64,000 nucleotides of DNA from an uncultured Actinomycetes bacterium (GCA_963808295.1 CAWEFP010000022.1:111464-175463), one strand, 5' to 3'; positions 9,703 through 19,450 are shown, counted from the first letter of the stretch. Notes: generated from the sequence alone by a model not told the origin. Numbers and translations: made by a program.

Positions 9703-10142
9703 TGGAAGATCACGAAGCGCCCCAGGAAGGTGAGGCAGTTGGCGGCGAAGTACGTGCCGTCGGTCAGCAGCACCCGCCGGATGCCGTCCACCTCGACCGC
9801 CTCGGCCAGCGCGACGCCCAGCTTCGCGGCCAGGCCGAGGATGATCCACGCACCGATGGAGACCAGCCAGAACGGCAGGGTTTCCGTCAGCAGCTGCGGC
9901 TTACCCTTGCGTTCCCACGCCCAGCGGCTCAGTACGTAGCTCACCGCCGCACCGATGATCGCCGCCAGGCCGCCGGAAATTCCAGCCGTCATGTTCGCCG
10001 GGCCGATGAAGATGCTCAGCGCCACCTGGCTGGCTACCACGGAGGCCACGGCCACCAGGGTGAACCGCGTGAAACGGACACCGACGTTGGTGCGTGCCTT
10101 GCGGATCAGCGCGGCGCCGATCCGGCTCGATGCGAGTGCCAT
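9528..10142 (-). CDS. GtrA-family membrane protein
   Basis: RFTRFTLVAVASVVASQVALSIFIG...GGLAAIIGAAVSYVLSRWAWERK...FWLVSIGAWIILG...ANCLTFLGRFVIFHYVLF is a four-helix GtrA pattern. The non-membrane tail may be run-on sequence. Confidence 0.75.
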   Translation of the reverse strand: MALASSRIGAALIRKARTNVGVRFTRFTLVAVASVVASQVALSIFIGPANMTAGISGGLAAIIGAAVSYVLSRWAWERKGKPQLLTETLPFWLVSIGAWIILGLAAKLGVALAEAVEVDGIRRVLLTDGTYFAANCLTFLGRFVIFHYVLFADRRSPRESGPPISSSSAAAGGPAGDEPFVMAADSAVPVCADRGDADASPDLR

Positions 10143-10443
10143 TGAAGTCCTAGGTTACGTGACCGACGATAAAGGGCTACCGACGAGGTCCCGGAGAGCA
10201 GGTATAAAGTGCCGACGCCGCAGGCCACAGCGCCCGGGTGGGCCGTGTGTTGTGCCGACCGGTCTCCCGGCCGCACTGCAGCACGCTACCGTGTCGCAAC
10301 AGCGAGCGCAGCCAATGCGGGCTCCAGATGAGCTGGGAAAACGCTGAGTGAAGCGGGAAAGCGCGTCGCCGGTACCAAACGACCGGCCAGGGCAGACACA
10401 CAACCGAAAGCGACACTACGATCCCAAGGCAGGAAAACCGAGT

Positions 10444-11595
10444 ATGAAGATTTTGGTGTTGGGCGGGGATGGGTACCTCGGCTGGCCGACGGCGCTGCAT
10501 CTGTCGCAGGCGGGTCATGAGGTGGCGGTGGCCGATAATTTCGTGCGCCGGCATTATGACAATGAGCTCGGGGTCGAGTCCCTGGTGCCGATCGAGCCGC
10601 TGCAGACCCGGATCGCGGTGTGGAAGGAGCTGACCGGCAAGAGCCTCGGGTGTTACATCGGGGACCTGACCGACGCGATCTTCACCTACCACATCATCGA
10701 GGACTTCGCCCCGGACGCGGTGGTGCACTTCGCCGAGCAGCGGGCGGCGCCGTATTCGATGATCGACCGGGCGCACGCGGTCTACACCCAGCAGAACAAC
10801 GTGGTCGGGAACCTGAACCTGCTGTTCGCGATCGCGGAGATCAACCCGGAGATCCACCTGGTCAAGCTGGGCACAATGGGCGAGTACGGCACCCCGAACA
10901 TCGACATCGAGGAAGGCTGGCTGGAGGTCGAGCACAAGGGCCGCACCGACCGGGTGATGTTCCCCAAGCGGCCGGGGTCGTTCTATCACCTGTCGAAGGT
11001 GCACGACAGCCACAACATCGAGTTCGCGTGCCGGATCTGGAACCTGCGCGCCACCGACCTGAACCAGGGCGTGGTCTACGGCCAGCAGACCCCCGAGACC
11101 GCCCGTGACGAGCGGCTGGCGACCCGGTTCGACTACGACGCGGTGTTCGGCACCGTGCTGAACCGGTTCGTGATCCAGTCGGTCATCGGGCACCCGCTGA
11201 CCGTCTACGGCACCGGCGGGCAGACCCGCGGCATGATCGACATCCGCGACACCGTCCGCTGCGTCCAGCTCGCGTGCGAGAACCCCGCCAACCGCGGCGA
11301 GTTCCGGGTGTTCAACCAGATCACCGAATGGAAATCGGTCAAGGACGTCGCCGAGACCATCGCGGCCGTCAGCCCCGAAGACGTGACGATCGAGTACATC
11401 GACAACCCCCGGGTGGAGCTGGCCGACCACTACTACAAGGTCACCCACACCAAGCTGATCGAGCTCGGCCTGCAGCCGCATCTGCTGTCCGACACCCTGA
11501 TCGAGTCCCTCTTCGAAATCACCAAACGGTACGCCCACCGCGTCCGCCCCGAAGCCCTCCTGCCCACCGTCAACTGGCGCAGCCCGAAGGCCTGA
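10444..11595 (+). CDS. sqdB: UDP-sulfoquinovose synthase (SQD1/SqdB/Agl3 family)
   Basis: From the ATG at 10444: MKILVLGGDGYLGWPTALHLS...VHFAEQRAAPYSMIDRAHAVYTQQNNVVGNLNLLFAI...HLVKLGTMGEYGTPNIDIEEGW...SFYHLSKVHDSHNI...ATDLNQGVVYG...DYDAVFGTVLNRF...GHPLTVYGTGGQTRG.IDIRDTV...GEFRVFNQ.TE. It is collinear with my recollection of plant SQD1 along the full length. Confidence 0.85.
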   Translation: MKILVLGGDGYLGWPTALHLSQAGHEVAVADNFVRRHYDNELGVESLVPIEPLQTRIAVWKELTGKSLGCYIGDLTDAIFTYHIIEDFAPDAVVHFAEQRAAPYSMIDRAHAVYTQQNNVVGNLNLLFAIAEINPEIHLVKLGTMGEYGTPNIDIEEGWLEVEHKGRTDRVMFPKRPGSFYHLSKVHDSHNIEFACRIWNLRATDLNQGVVYGQQTPETARDERLATRFDYDAVFGTVLNRFVIQSVIGHPLTVYGTGGQTRGMIDIRDTVRCVQLACENPANRGEFRVFNQITEWKSVKDVAETIAAVSPEDVTIEYIDNPRVELADHYYKVTHTKLIELGLQPHLLSDTLIESLFEITKRYAHRVRPEALLPTVNWRSPKA

Positions 11596-11679
11596 TCCTG
11601 ACGCTTCCTGCGCGGGCGTTAGAGGTGGCGACCGGGCGCCGGGCGGCGATGCCGTCCGGCGCCCGGTCTGCTTTTGCGC

Positions 11680-11745
11680 GGGCGTCTCTTTGCCGGGGCG
11701 GCTCGTCGCGGGGGCGTCTCTTTGCCGGGGCGGCTCGTCGCGGGG
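11680..11745. repeat. 32-bp direct tandem duplication, intergenic
   Basis: gggcgtctctttgccggggcggctcgtcgcgg occurs twice between the sqdB stop and the TetR stop. Confidence 0.75.
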
Positions 11746-11753
11746 CGGGTGTC

Positions 11754-12569
11754 TCAGGCGGCGAGGCCGATCAGCTGGCCCAGGTCGGCGACGGCACGGT
11801 CGAAATACGCGGCGGTATCGGTGACGACGTTGTTGAACTGGCCGAACAGCTCGAAGCTGATGACCCCGAATACTCCGGCCCAGGCCGTCAGCGCCCCGAC
11901 CGCGGTCTCGTCGCTGACCCCCGGCAGGACGCTGTCCCGGAGCCGCCGGCGTCCTCGGACAGCGCGTTCGGCATCGGCGGGTTGCCGCGGCGCCGGGCAC
12001 GAGTTCGCGCGTTCGCCGGGCACGAGTTCGCTGTGCTCGCGTTCGCTGTGCTCGCGTTCGCCGTGCTCGCGTTCGCCGGGCAGGAGTTCGCCGGGCTCGC
12101 GTTCCCCGGGCGCGAGTTCGCCGGCCGCGTGGGCGTCGCTGATCAGCCGGCCGAAGACGGCGGCGGACCGGGCCGCGGGGCCGATAGTGTCCGGCGGCGC
12201 CTGGTACCCGGGCACGGGCGAACCGTAGATCAGCGCGTACTCGTGCGGGTGCGCGAGCGCCCAGGCCCGGGCGGCCCGGCACGCCGCCCGCCACCGGCCC
12301 GGGTAGTCGTCCCGCCGGCACTTTGCGTCGGCGTCCTCGACGGCCTGGCCGATGGCGTTGTAGCCGTCGATGATCAGCGCGGTCAGCAGCTCGTCACGGC
12401 TGGCGAAATACCGGTAGATCGCGGAGGAGACCATGCCCATGTCCCGGGCCACGGCCCGAAGCGACAGGGCGGCGGCACCATCCGCCGCGAGCTGGGTGCG
12501 GGCGATATCCGTGATCTCGCGGGTAATCTCCGCGCGGACCCGTTCCCGCGCCGTCCTGCGTGCCGGCAC
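11754..12569 (-). CDS. TetR/AcrR family regulator with an internal 15-bp repeat insertion
   Basis: The N-terminal HTH reads ITDIARTQLAADGAAALSLRAVARDMGMVSSAIYRYFASRDELLTALI. The C-terminal domain is interrupted by GEREPGELLPGEREHGEREHSEREHSELVPGE. Confidence 0.8.
   Translation of the reverse strand: MPARRTARERVRAEITREITDIARTQLAADGAAALSLRAVARDMGMVSSAIYRYFASRDELLTALIIDGYNAIGQAVEDADAKCRRDDYPGRWRAACRAARAWALAHPHEYALIYGSPVPGYQAPPDTIGPAARSAAVFGRLISDAHAAGELAPGEREPGELLPGEREHGEREHSEREHSELVPGERANSCPAPRQPADAERAVRGRRRLRDSVLPGVSDETAVGALTAWAGVFGVISFELFGQFNNVVTDTAAYFDRAVADLGQLIGLAA
11995..12125. repeat. 15-bp tandem repeat (about 8 units) inside the TetR gene
   Basis: ctgtgctcgcgttcg / ccgtgctcgcgttcg / ccgggcaggagttcg units in a strict 15-nt register. 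Confidence 0.85.
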
Positions 12570-14119
12570 CCTCCGACCTTAGCAGAGCGCCAGGCACAAA
12601 CAAGAGCAGCGCTCTTTCCGGTGTTCATCCCGGCGGAGGGCACCCGGCGCGGCTGCCGGGAGCCGTCATCCAGTACGTCCTGCGGTTCACCTCGGCGAAG
12701 GACGGAGCGTCGCCCCGCACCGGGACGCACCCGCCGAAACGTCCGCCCAGAAGCCGAAGTGACACAAGCGGCGCACGGGGCCAGCTGACACTCCCCGCGG
12801 CGGCAAGCCCCGGCCTCGGCCAGTTCCGGGCAGATTTTTTGGCACATACTGCCGAAAAGTCTGCCCATAGTGGGGCGAACCTGGGTGGGGGCGCGCTCGG
12901 TCACGGGGAGCGGGGGGCGACGGCGGGGGCGGCGGGGCCGGTGGCGGGGGCGGGGCGGCGGGCGCTCGGACCAGATTGGGACCGCGAAGATCGCCGCGAT
13001 GGGGAACAGGGCCCCGATGCCGAACGCCCCGGCGTAGCCCGACAGTCCGATGAGCTGCGCCATCACCGGGGGCGTCGCGGCCGCGGCCACGTTCTGCCCG
13101 GTGTTCTGCACCCCGAGCGCGCGGCCCGCCCACGACATGCCCGCGATCTCCGCCACCGCCGTGAACGCGAGGCCGTTCGTGCTGACCGACAGGGCGATCG
13201 CGGCGAGCAGCGCGCCGACGGCCAGCGGCGAACGCCACCACATCCCGAGCGCGGTCAGCCCCATGACGGCCGCCACCACGCAGGCCAGCCAGCGCATCGG
13301 CCGGAGCCTGCTCATCGCGCGGTCAGACCACCGGCCGGCCACGAGCCGGGTGAGCGCGCCCGCCAGGTTAGCGATCGCGATGACCCGGCCCGCGCCCTCC
13401 GCGCCCCAGCCGCGCCCGGCCACCAGGTACACCAGCGCGAAGCCGGTGGTCGCGAACTGCGGCACCACGAGCAGCATGCTGGCCGCGTGAATGCGCCACA
13501 GCGTGGGCGTCCGGTACGGATTCGGCGCGGGGGCGGCGCCTGCGCGGGCGGCGCGGGGCGGGTCGGCCGCGAAGACCGCGACGGCGGCCGCGGCCACCAG
13601 GCACAAAGCTCCGCACGCCCCCAGCGCTCCGGCCAGCGCCCAGCGGGCCGCGATGAACGGCAGGGAGGCCGCGGCGATCATGGTCCCGAGCGGCTGCGCC
13701 GTCTGCCGTGCCCCCATCGCCAGGCCTCGTTCGGCCGCTGAGAACCAGCCGAGGACCAGCCGGCCGCTGGCCGCGTTGACCGAGGCGCCGCCGGCTCCGG
13801 CGCAGCCGAGCAGGATGCCGATGCTCAGGGCGCCGGACAGCCGCGTCGCCGCGATGAGGCTGGCGCCGGCGATCGCGAGCCCGGCGGTGATGACCAGCCG
13901 CTCACCGTACCGGTCGGCGGCGGCCCCCCACGCGACCAGCGCGATGATGACGCCGACCAGCGGCGCGGCCGCGAGCGTGCTCGCGCCGGTCAGCGACAGC
14001 CCGAGCTGGTGACGCAGGTCCGGCACGATGTACGGGAGGCCGTACAGGAACACGCAACTGGCCGCCTGCGCGCCCATGCCGAGGGCCAGCATCCACCACC
14101 TGCGGCGATCCGCTGCCAT
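12383..14119 (-). CDS. MFS transporter; the last ~180 codons are probably run-on and overlap the TetR gene
   Basis: About 395 aa of 12-TM MFS-like sequence (WWMLALGMGAQAASCVFLYGLPYIVPDL...AADRYGERLV...). An Arg/Pro-rich non-membrane tail then extends into 12383-12569. Confidence 0.7.
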   Translation of the reverse strand: MAADRRRWWMLALGMGAQAASCVFLYGLPYIVPDLRHQLGLSLTGASTLAAAPLVGVIIALVAWGAAADRYGERLVITAGLAIAGASLIAATRLSGALSIGILLGCAGAGGASVNAASGRLVLGWFSAAERGLAMGARQTAQPLGTMIAAASLPFIAARWALAGALGACGALCLVAAAAVAVFAADPPRAARAGAAPAPNPYRTPTLWRIHAASMLLVVPQFATTGFALVYLVAGRGWGAEGAGRVIAIANLAGALTRLVAGRWSDRAMSRLRPMRWLACVVAAVMGLTALGMWWRSPLAVGALLAAIALSVSTNGLAFTAVAEIAGMSWAGRALGVQNTGQNVAAAATPPVMAQLIGLSGYAGAFGIGALFPIAAIFAVPIWSERPPPRPRHRPRRPRRRPPLPVTERAPTQVRPTMGRLFGSMCQKICPELAEAGACRRGECQLAPCAACVTSASGRTFRRVRPGAGRRSVLRRGEPQDVLDDGSRQPRRVPSAGMNTGKSAALVCAWRSAKVGGCRHAGRRGNGSARRLPARSRISPAPSSRRMVPPPCRFGPWPGTWAWSPPRSTGISPAVTSC

Positions 14120-14230
14120 GGGCCTGACGATAATTCTATCTCACAGTAGGATAAAATCCGTTTCACATAGTGAGATGGCGGAGGGGCAGTGCAGGTGGGC
14201 GGGGCCGGGTGGCGCGGGCGTCAGCCGGTG

Positions 14231-14415
14231 GGGCCCGCGCGGTGGCGGAGGGCCCCGTGGCGGAGGGCCCCGTGGCGGAGGGCCCCGTGGCGGAGGGCCC
14301 CATGGCGGAGGGCCCCATGGCGGAGGGCCCCGCGGCGCGAGGGCCCCCGTGGGCCCCGGCGGGAGGGCCCCATGGCGGAGGGCCCCGTGGCGGAGGGCCC
14401 CGTGGCGGAGGGCCT
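14231..14415. repeat. 15-bp tandem array (about 12 units) between the glyA stop and the MFS start
   Basis: The ggcggagggccccgt unit has point variants (cat/cgc). At least four of the six reading frames carry a long track ORF across it (14028.., 14170.., 14189.. and 14141..14542). Confidence 0.9.
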
Positions 14416-14429
14416 GGCTGGGCGCGGCG

Positions 14430-15716
14430 TCAGGGGGCGGACCAGCCGGGCATGGGGAACGCCGCCAGCAGGTCGCGGACCTCATGGGCGATCCGGTCCA
14501 GCGCCGCCTCGTCCTCCTTGGCCGCGGCGGTGATCGCGTCATCCATCCAGGCGGCGATCAGCGGCATGTGCTCCCCGCCGAGGCCGCGGGTGGTGATCGC
14601 GGGGGTGCCGAGCCGGATACCGGACGGGTCGAACGGCTTGCGCGGGTCGTAGGGCACGGTGTTGTAGTTGAGCTCGATGCCGGCCCGGTCCAGCGCCCGC
14701 GCGGCGGGCTTGCCGGCGATCCCCTGACGGGTCAGGTCCACCAGGATCAGGTGGTTGTCGGTGCCACCGGACACGAGGTCGTAGCCGCGCGCCGTCAGCG
14801 CCTCGGCCAGTGCCCGCGCGTTGGTGACCACCTGGTGCGCGTACTCGCGGAACTCGGGCTGCGCGGCCTCGTGCAGGGCCACGGCGATCGCGGCGGTGGC
14901 GTGGTCGTGCGGGCCGCCCTGCAGCCCGGGGAACACCGCCTTGTCCAGGGCGGACGCATGCTCCGCGGTCGACATGATCATCGCGCCGCGCGGGCCGCGC
15001 AGCGTCTTGTGCGTGGTCGTGGTGATCACGCCGGCGTGACCGGCCGGGGAAGGGTGCGCCCCTCCGGCGATCAGCCCGGCGATGTGCGCGATGTCGGCCA
15101 CGAGCACCGCGCCGACCTCGGCGGCGATCTGGTCGAACGCGGGGAAGTCGATGGTCCGCGGGATCGCCGTCCCGCCGCAGAAGATGAGCTTCGGCCGTTC
15201 CCGGCGGGCCAGGTCGCGGACCTCGTCCAGGTCCAGGCGGCCCGTATCGGCGCGGACGCCGTACTGCACGCTGCGGAACCACTTGCCGGTCACCGACACC
15301 GGCCAGCCGTGGGTCAGGTGACCGCCCATCGGCAGCGACATGCCCATGATGGTGTCGCCCGGCTGGGCGAAGGCCAGGTAAACGGCCAGGTTGGCCGGGG
15401 AGCCCGAGTATGGCTGAACGTTGGCGTGCTCGACGCCGAACAGCGCCTGCGCCCGCTGCACGGCCATGGTCTCGATGATGTCGATGAACTGCTGGCCCTC
15501 GTAGTAGCGGCGGCCCGGGTACCCCTCCGAGTACTTGTTGGTGAGCACCGAGCCCGAGGCCTCGAGCACGGCCAGCGATACGTAGTTTTCGGACGGGATG
15601 AGCCGGATCTTCTCGAACTCCCTGCGGGCCTCCTGCTCGATCAGGCTGGCGATCTCCGGGTCGGTCCTGGCGGCGTGCGGGATGGGCGGCTGGTGCATAT
15701 CGAACCTCCTCGGCAT
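14430..15716 (-). CDS. glyA: serine hydroxymethyltransferase
   Basis: 428 aa: RLIPSENYVSLAVLEASGSVLTNKYSEGYPGRRYYEG...VITTTTHKTLRGPRGAMI, including the PLP-Lys motif THKTLRGPR. Confidence 0.95.
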   Translation of the reverse strand: MPRRFDMHQPPIPHAARTDPEIASLIEQEARREFEKIRLIPSENYVSLAVLEASGSVLTNKYSEGYPGRRYYEGQQFIDIIETMAVQRAQALFGVEHANVQPYSGSPANLAVYLAFAQPGDTIMGMSLPMGGHLTHGWPVSVTGKWFRSVQYGVRADTGRLDLDEVRDLARRERPKLIFCGGTAIPRTIDFPAFDQIAAEVGAVLVADIAHIAGLIAGGAHPSPAGHAGVITTTTHKTLRGPRGAMIMSTAEHASALDKAVFPGLQGGPHDHATAAIAVALHEAAQPEFREYAHQVVTNARALAEALTARGYDLVSGGTDNHLILVDLTRQGIAGKPAARALDRAGIELNYNTVPYDPRKPFDPSGIRLGTPAITTRGLGGEHMPLIAAWMDDAITAAAKEDEAALDRIAHEVRDLLAAFPMPGWSAP

Positions 15717-15805
15717 GAGGCTACAAGCGGACGGCCGGCCGGGGGGCGGGACCGGTCGGCGCCCGGGCCGGCCTCGCCGCGCGGGAACGTGGGTCCGGTA
15801 GCGTC

Positions 15806-16864
15806 GTGGCTAGGCCGGGGGCACGTCGCAGGGAAGGAACGCGGGTGGCTGAGAAGATCATTCTGGACTGCGATCCAGGCATCGACGACGCGCTGGCCAT
15901 CACCTTCGCGGTCGGCAGCCCGGACCTTGACCTGTGCGGCATCACCACCGTGTCCGGCAACGTGGGCCTGGACCTCACCACGTCCAACGCGCAGCGGGTC
16001 TGTGAGTTCATCGGCGCGGCGGGTATCCCGGTCACCCCGGGCAGCCCCGCGCCGCTGCTCCGGCCGCCGGTGGATGCCCGGGACGTGCACGGGAAGACCG
16101 GTCTCGGCGGTGCGCGGCTGCCGCCACCGGAATCACGGCCCTCGGGCGGTCACGCTATCGATTTCCTGATCGAGACGATCGGCGCGGCCCCGGGTGGGAT
16201 CACCCTCGTCGCCACCGGCCCGCTGACCAACATCGCCCTGGCCGTTCACCGGGAGCCGCAGCTGGTCAGCCAGGTCAAGGAGTTTGTGATCATGGGCGGT
16301 TCGTCCGGCCGGGGCAACACCACGCCCGCGGCCGAGTTCAACATGGCCGTCGACCCCGAGGCCGCCGCGATCGTCTTCCGTGCGGGCTGGACGGTCACCA
16401 TGGTGGGGCTGGACGTGACCCTGCAGGCCCGGGCGACCGCGGCGGTGCGGGACCGGATGCGGGGCCTGGGCGCGCTGGCCAGTGAACTGCTGCTGCCCGG
16501 CCTGGAGCACTACGCCTCGGACGAGGACCCGCTGTCCGCGCTGCCCGGTCCCGCCGGGAACGGCCAGGAAGACGAGGCGCGCACGCCGATCGTGGCCGAC
16601 CCCGCCGTGCACGACGTGTGCGCGGTAGCGTACGTCGCCGACCACGGCCTGCTGGGCTGCCTGCCCGCCCGGGTGGAGGTCGAGACCACCGGCCGCTGGA
16701 CCTCGGGCATGACGGTCACCGACTTCCGCGCGCCGGCCGCCGAGCGGAACGCCCTCGTCGCCACGGCCATCGACGTCCAGGGATTCTGGGACCGGGTGAT
16801 CGGGGCGTACACGAACGTGGCCGCCGCCATGAACGCGGGCACCCGGCGCGCGCCCGGGCGCTGA
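15806..16864 (+). CDS. nucleoside hydrolase (inosine/uridine-preferring family)
   Basis: KIILDCDPGIDDALAITFA (DxDxxxDD motif), LVATGPLTNIA, IMGGSSGRGNTTPAAEFN. An alternative GTG start lies at about 15845. Confidence 0.85.
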   Translation: MARPGARRREGTRVAEKIILDCDPGIDDALAITFAVGSPDLDLCGITTVSGNVGLDLTTSNAQRVCEFIGAAGIPVTPGSPAPLLRPPVDARDVHGKTGLGGARLPPPESRPSGGHAIDFLIETIGAAPGGITLVATGPLTNIALAVHREPQLVSQVKEFVIMGGSSGRGNTTPAAEFNMAVDPEAAAIVFRAGWTVTMVGLDVTLQARATAAVRDRMRGLGALASELLLPGLEHYASDEDPLSALPGPAGNGQEDEARTPIVADPAVHDVCAVAYVADHGLLGCLPARVEVETTGRWTSGMTVTDFRAPAAERNALVATAIDVQGFWDRVIGAYTNVAAAMNAGTRRAPGR

Positions 16865-16984
16865 CGGTACGGCCGGGCCCGCCGGGCGGCGCGGCCCGCC
16901 GGGCGGTGGGGGCCGCGGACGGTGGGGGCCCGCTGGAGCGGCGGGGGCGGCGGGCTAGGAAAGCGAGGCTAGCTAGGTGCCTGG

Positions 16985-17316
16985 GGCGCTGGTGGGTGAT
17001 CAGCGCGTAGGCGGTGAGTACGGCTTCGAGCCGCCCGGCGGGGCTGTCGGCGGCCTGATCCCGACCGCGGCGAGGTGTTCCAAGTGGCGGGCTACGTGGC
17101 GGGCGTGCCAGGCGGCCAGGATCGCCTCGACATCGGAGAAGTACTTGTACAGCGTCGCGCGCCCGATGCCGGTCTCGGCGGCGAGGGACATCGTCACCGA
17201 CGCGCAGCCCGTGCTCGGCAACCAGGGCCGCGGTGGCGTGCAGGCGTCGCGTCGTGCACCGCGCGCGGTGCTACTCGATCGTTTCGGTCCACAGCTTGGG
17301 CACGACTTCAGCCATA
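16985..17316 (-). pseudogene. degraded TetR-family regulator (in-frame TAG, frameshifts, truncated)
   Basis: My translation gives MAEVVPKLWTETIE*HR..LHATAALVAEHGLR, then shifts frame to SVTMSLAAETGIGRATLYKYFSDVEAILAAWHARHVARHLEHLAAV. RLEAVLTAYALITHQR appears in a third frame. Confidence 0.55.
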
Positions 17317-17640
17317 CAACACGTCCTGATATATCGACAGTTAGATTTTGACAGCGACAAAATGTCTCGATAAAACTGGTGACCTGACACAGACCGGCAA
17401 GCCCCGCGCGACAGGACAGGACACCGACATGGCTGATCGACCTCGCCACCCAGATATCAGCGAGGACACGGGGCAGGTACTGCGGGCGATCCAGGCGCGG
17501 CCAGGCGCGCTGGAAGGTCGTGCTGGTGATCACCCTGGTGGACGGTCGCGCTGCTGCTGCTGATCGTGCTGCACGTCACTGGCGTCGTCGGCGCTAACAC
17601 CAACGGCTAGTCACGTGCGACCGGAAATCGGAGTCCGCAG

Positions 17641-18540
17641 ATGATCGAGGTAACCGACCTGACCAAGAGCTACGGCGACCACCGTGGCGGTGGACGGCCT
17701 CTCATTCACCGTGCGACTGGCCAGGTGACCGGGTTCCTCGGCCCGAACGGGGCGGGCAAGTCCACGACGATGCGCCTGATCCTCGGCCTGGACGCGCCGA
17801 CGTCCGGGGTCGGTGACGGTGAACGGTCGGCCTACGCTGGCTACCGCCGCCCGCTGTTCGAGGTGGGCGCAATGCTGGAGGCCGAAGGCGTTGCACGGCG
17901 GGCGAAGCGCGTACAACCACCTGCTGTGCCTGCGCTGTCAGCAACGGGATCGCGCCGCCCGGGTCGATGAGGTGCTGGACCTGGTCGGGCTGGCCGAGCG
18001 CCGCTCGCAAGCGGGCTGGCGGGTTCTCGCTCGGCATGGGACAGCGACTGGGCATCGCGGCAGCGCTGCTCGGCGACCGCCGGTGCTGATGCTGGACGAG
18101 CCGGTTAACGGCCTAGACCCGGAGGGCGTCTGTGGATCCGCACCCTGCTGCAAGTCCCTGGCCGCTGAGGGCCGCACCGTCCTGCTGTCCAGCCACCTGA
18201 TGAGCGAGATGGCGCTGACCGCCGACCGCCTGATCATCATCGGGCGCGGCCGGCTGATCACGCAGACCACGATGAACGATCTTCTTGGCAGCGGTAACAG
18301 CGGCTCGGTGCGCGCCGCTCACCCCAAGCCGCTGCGCTAGCGTGGCGCTGCGCGCGCCGCGGTGCCACGATCGCCAGTCGGGACGGTGACACCTTCGCCA
18401 TCACCGGAAGCACGAGGGACACTGTCGGCGAGCTCGCCGGCCAGCGGGTTCACGCTGACCGAGCTCTCTGCGCAGGAAGCATCGCTGGAAGAGAGGTACA
18501 TGGAACTCACCAGGGATGCCGTCGACTACCAGCACCGCAG
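17641..18540 (+). pseudogene. ABC transporter ATP-binding protein, multiply frameshifted
   Basis: Fragments are spread over three frames: [44 protein letters not shown] (Walker A), VLMLDEPVNGLDPEG (Walker B), GRTVLLSSHLMSEMALTADRLIIIGRGRL, and FTLTELSAQEASLEERYMELT. Confidence 0.7.
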
Positions 18541-18644
18541 GCCGCCGCCCGGCGGGGAAATGAGGCCGGCCATGCAAGCCACGCCCCGCCCGGCCCGGCT
18601 ACCGCGCGCAACCGCCTGGTGGCCCGCTCGGCCGTGATGCCGAT

Positions 18645-19398
18645 GTGCTCGGCTCGGAGTACTGGAAGCTCCGCACGGTGCGCTCGACCTACTGGACGCT
18701 GCTGGCAGTCGGTGCTATACAACATCGCGCTTGCGGCGCTGCTGGCGATCTTCTGCCGAGCCATATGAGCGCGCACCAGAAGATGACATCGACTCGACCC
18801 CGGTAAGCCTCGGCGGCAGGCACCTCTCGCAGATCGCGATCGGTGTACTCGGCGTGCTGATCATCACCAGCGAATACGGGACGGGAATGATCCGCGTCAC
18901 GTTCAGCGCCGTGCTGCAACGTCGCCTGATGCTCGCAGCGAAGACCGCGGTGTTCACTGCGACCGCTCTCGGTCGGCGGGATCGTTGCGAGCTACGCCGC
19001 CTACTTCGTCTTCCAAGGGCTGCTGCAACAGGCGACGTCATGCGGACCTCGCTGAGCGATCCCGGAGTGCTGCGGGCGCTAATAGGCGGTGGGCTGTATC
19101 TGACGGTGCTCGGCCTGCTGGGATTTGGTATCGGCGTGATCATCCGCTCCAGCACCGGTGCGATCGCTACGCTGCTCGGGCTGCTGTTCGTGCCCACGAT
19201 CCTGGTCAGAGCTGCTGCCGCAGTCCTGGAAGAACACGATCGGCTACGTACGTGCCGATGAAGGTAGGCGAGCAGATCTTCGCCGTGCAACATCGAGGCG
19301 CATACTCTGGAGCCGTGGGCGGGGTTCGGGGTGTTCTGCCTGTACGCCGCAGTTGCTCTCACGGCCGGGTTCTCCTTATCACCCGCCGCGACACCTAA
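18645..19398 (+). pseudogene. ABC-2 type permease, frameshifted
   Basis: SEYWKLRTVRSTYWTLLAV; LSQIAIGVLGVLIITSEYGTGMIRVTFSAV; LRALIGGGLYLTVLGLLGFGIGVIIRSSTGAIATLLGLLFVPTIL; WAGFGVFCLYAAVALTAGF. These lie in different frames. Confidence 0.6.
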
Positions 19399-19450
19399 CC
19401 GCCGGCAACCAGAGACCGCGAGAGGCCGCGCCCCCAAGGGAGGAAACACC

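Noticed and set aside
14231-14415. Could the regular 15-bp array, or the other arrays, be CRISPR?
   Set aside because: The units are directly adjacent with no unique spacers. The period of 12-37 bp is too short, and no cas genes are present in the window.
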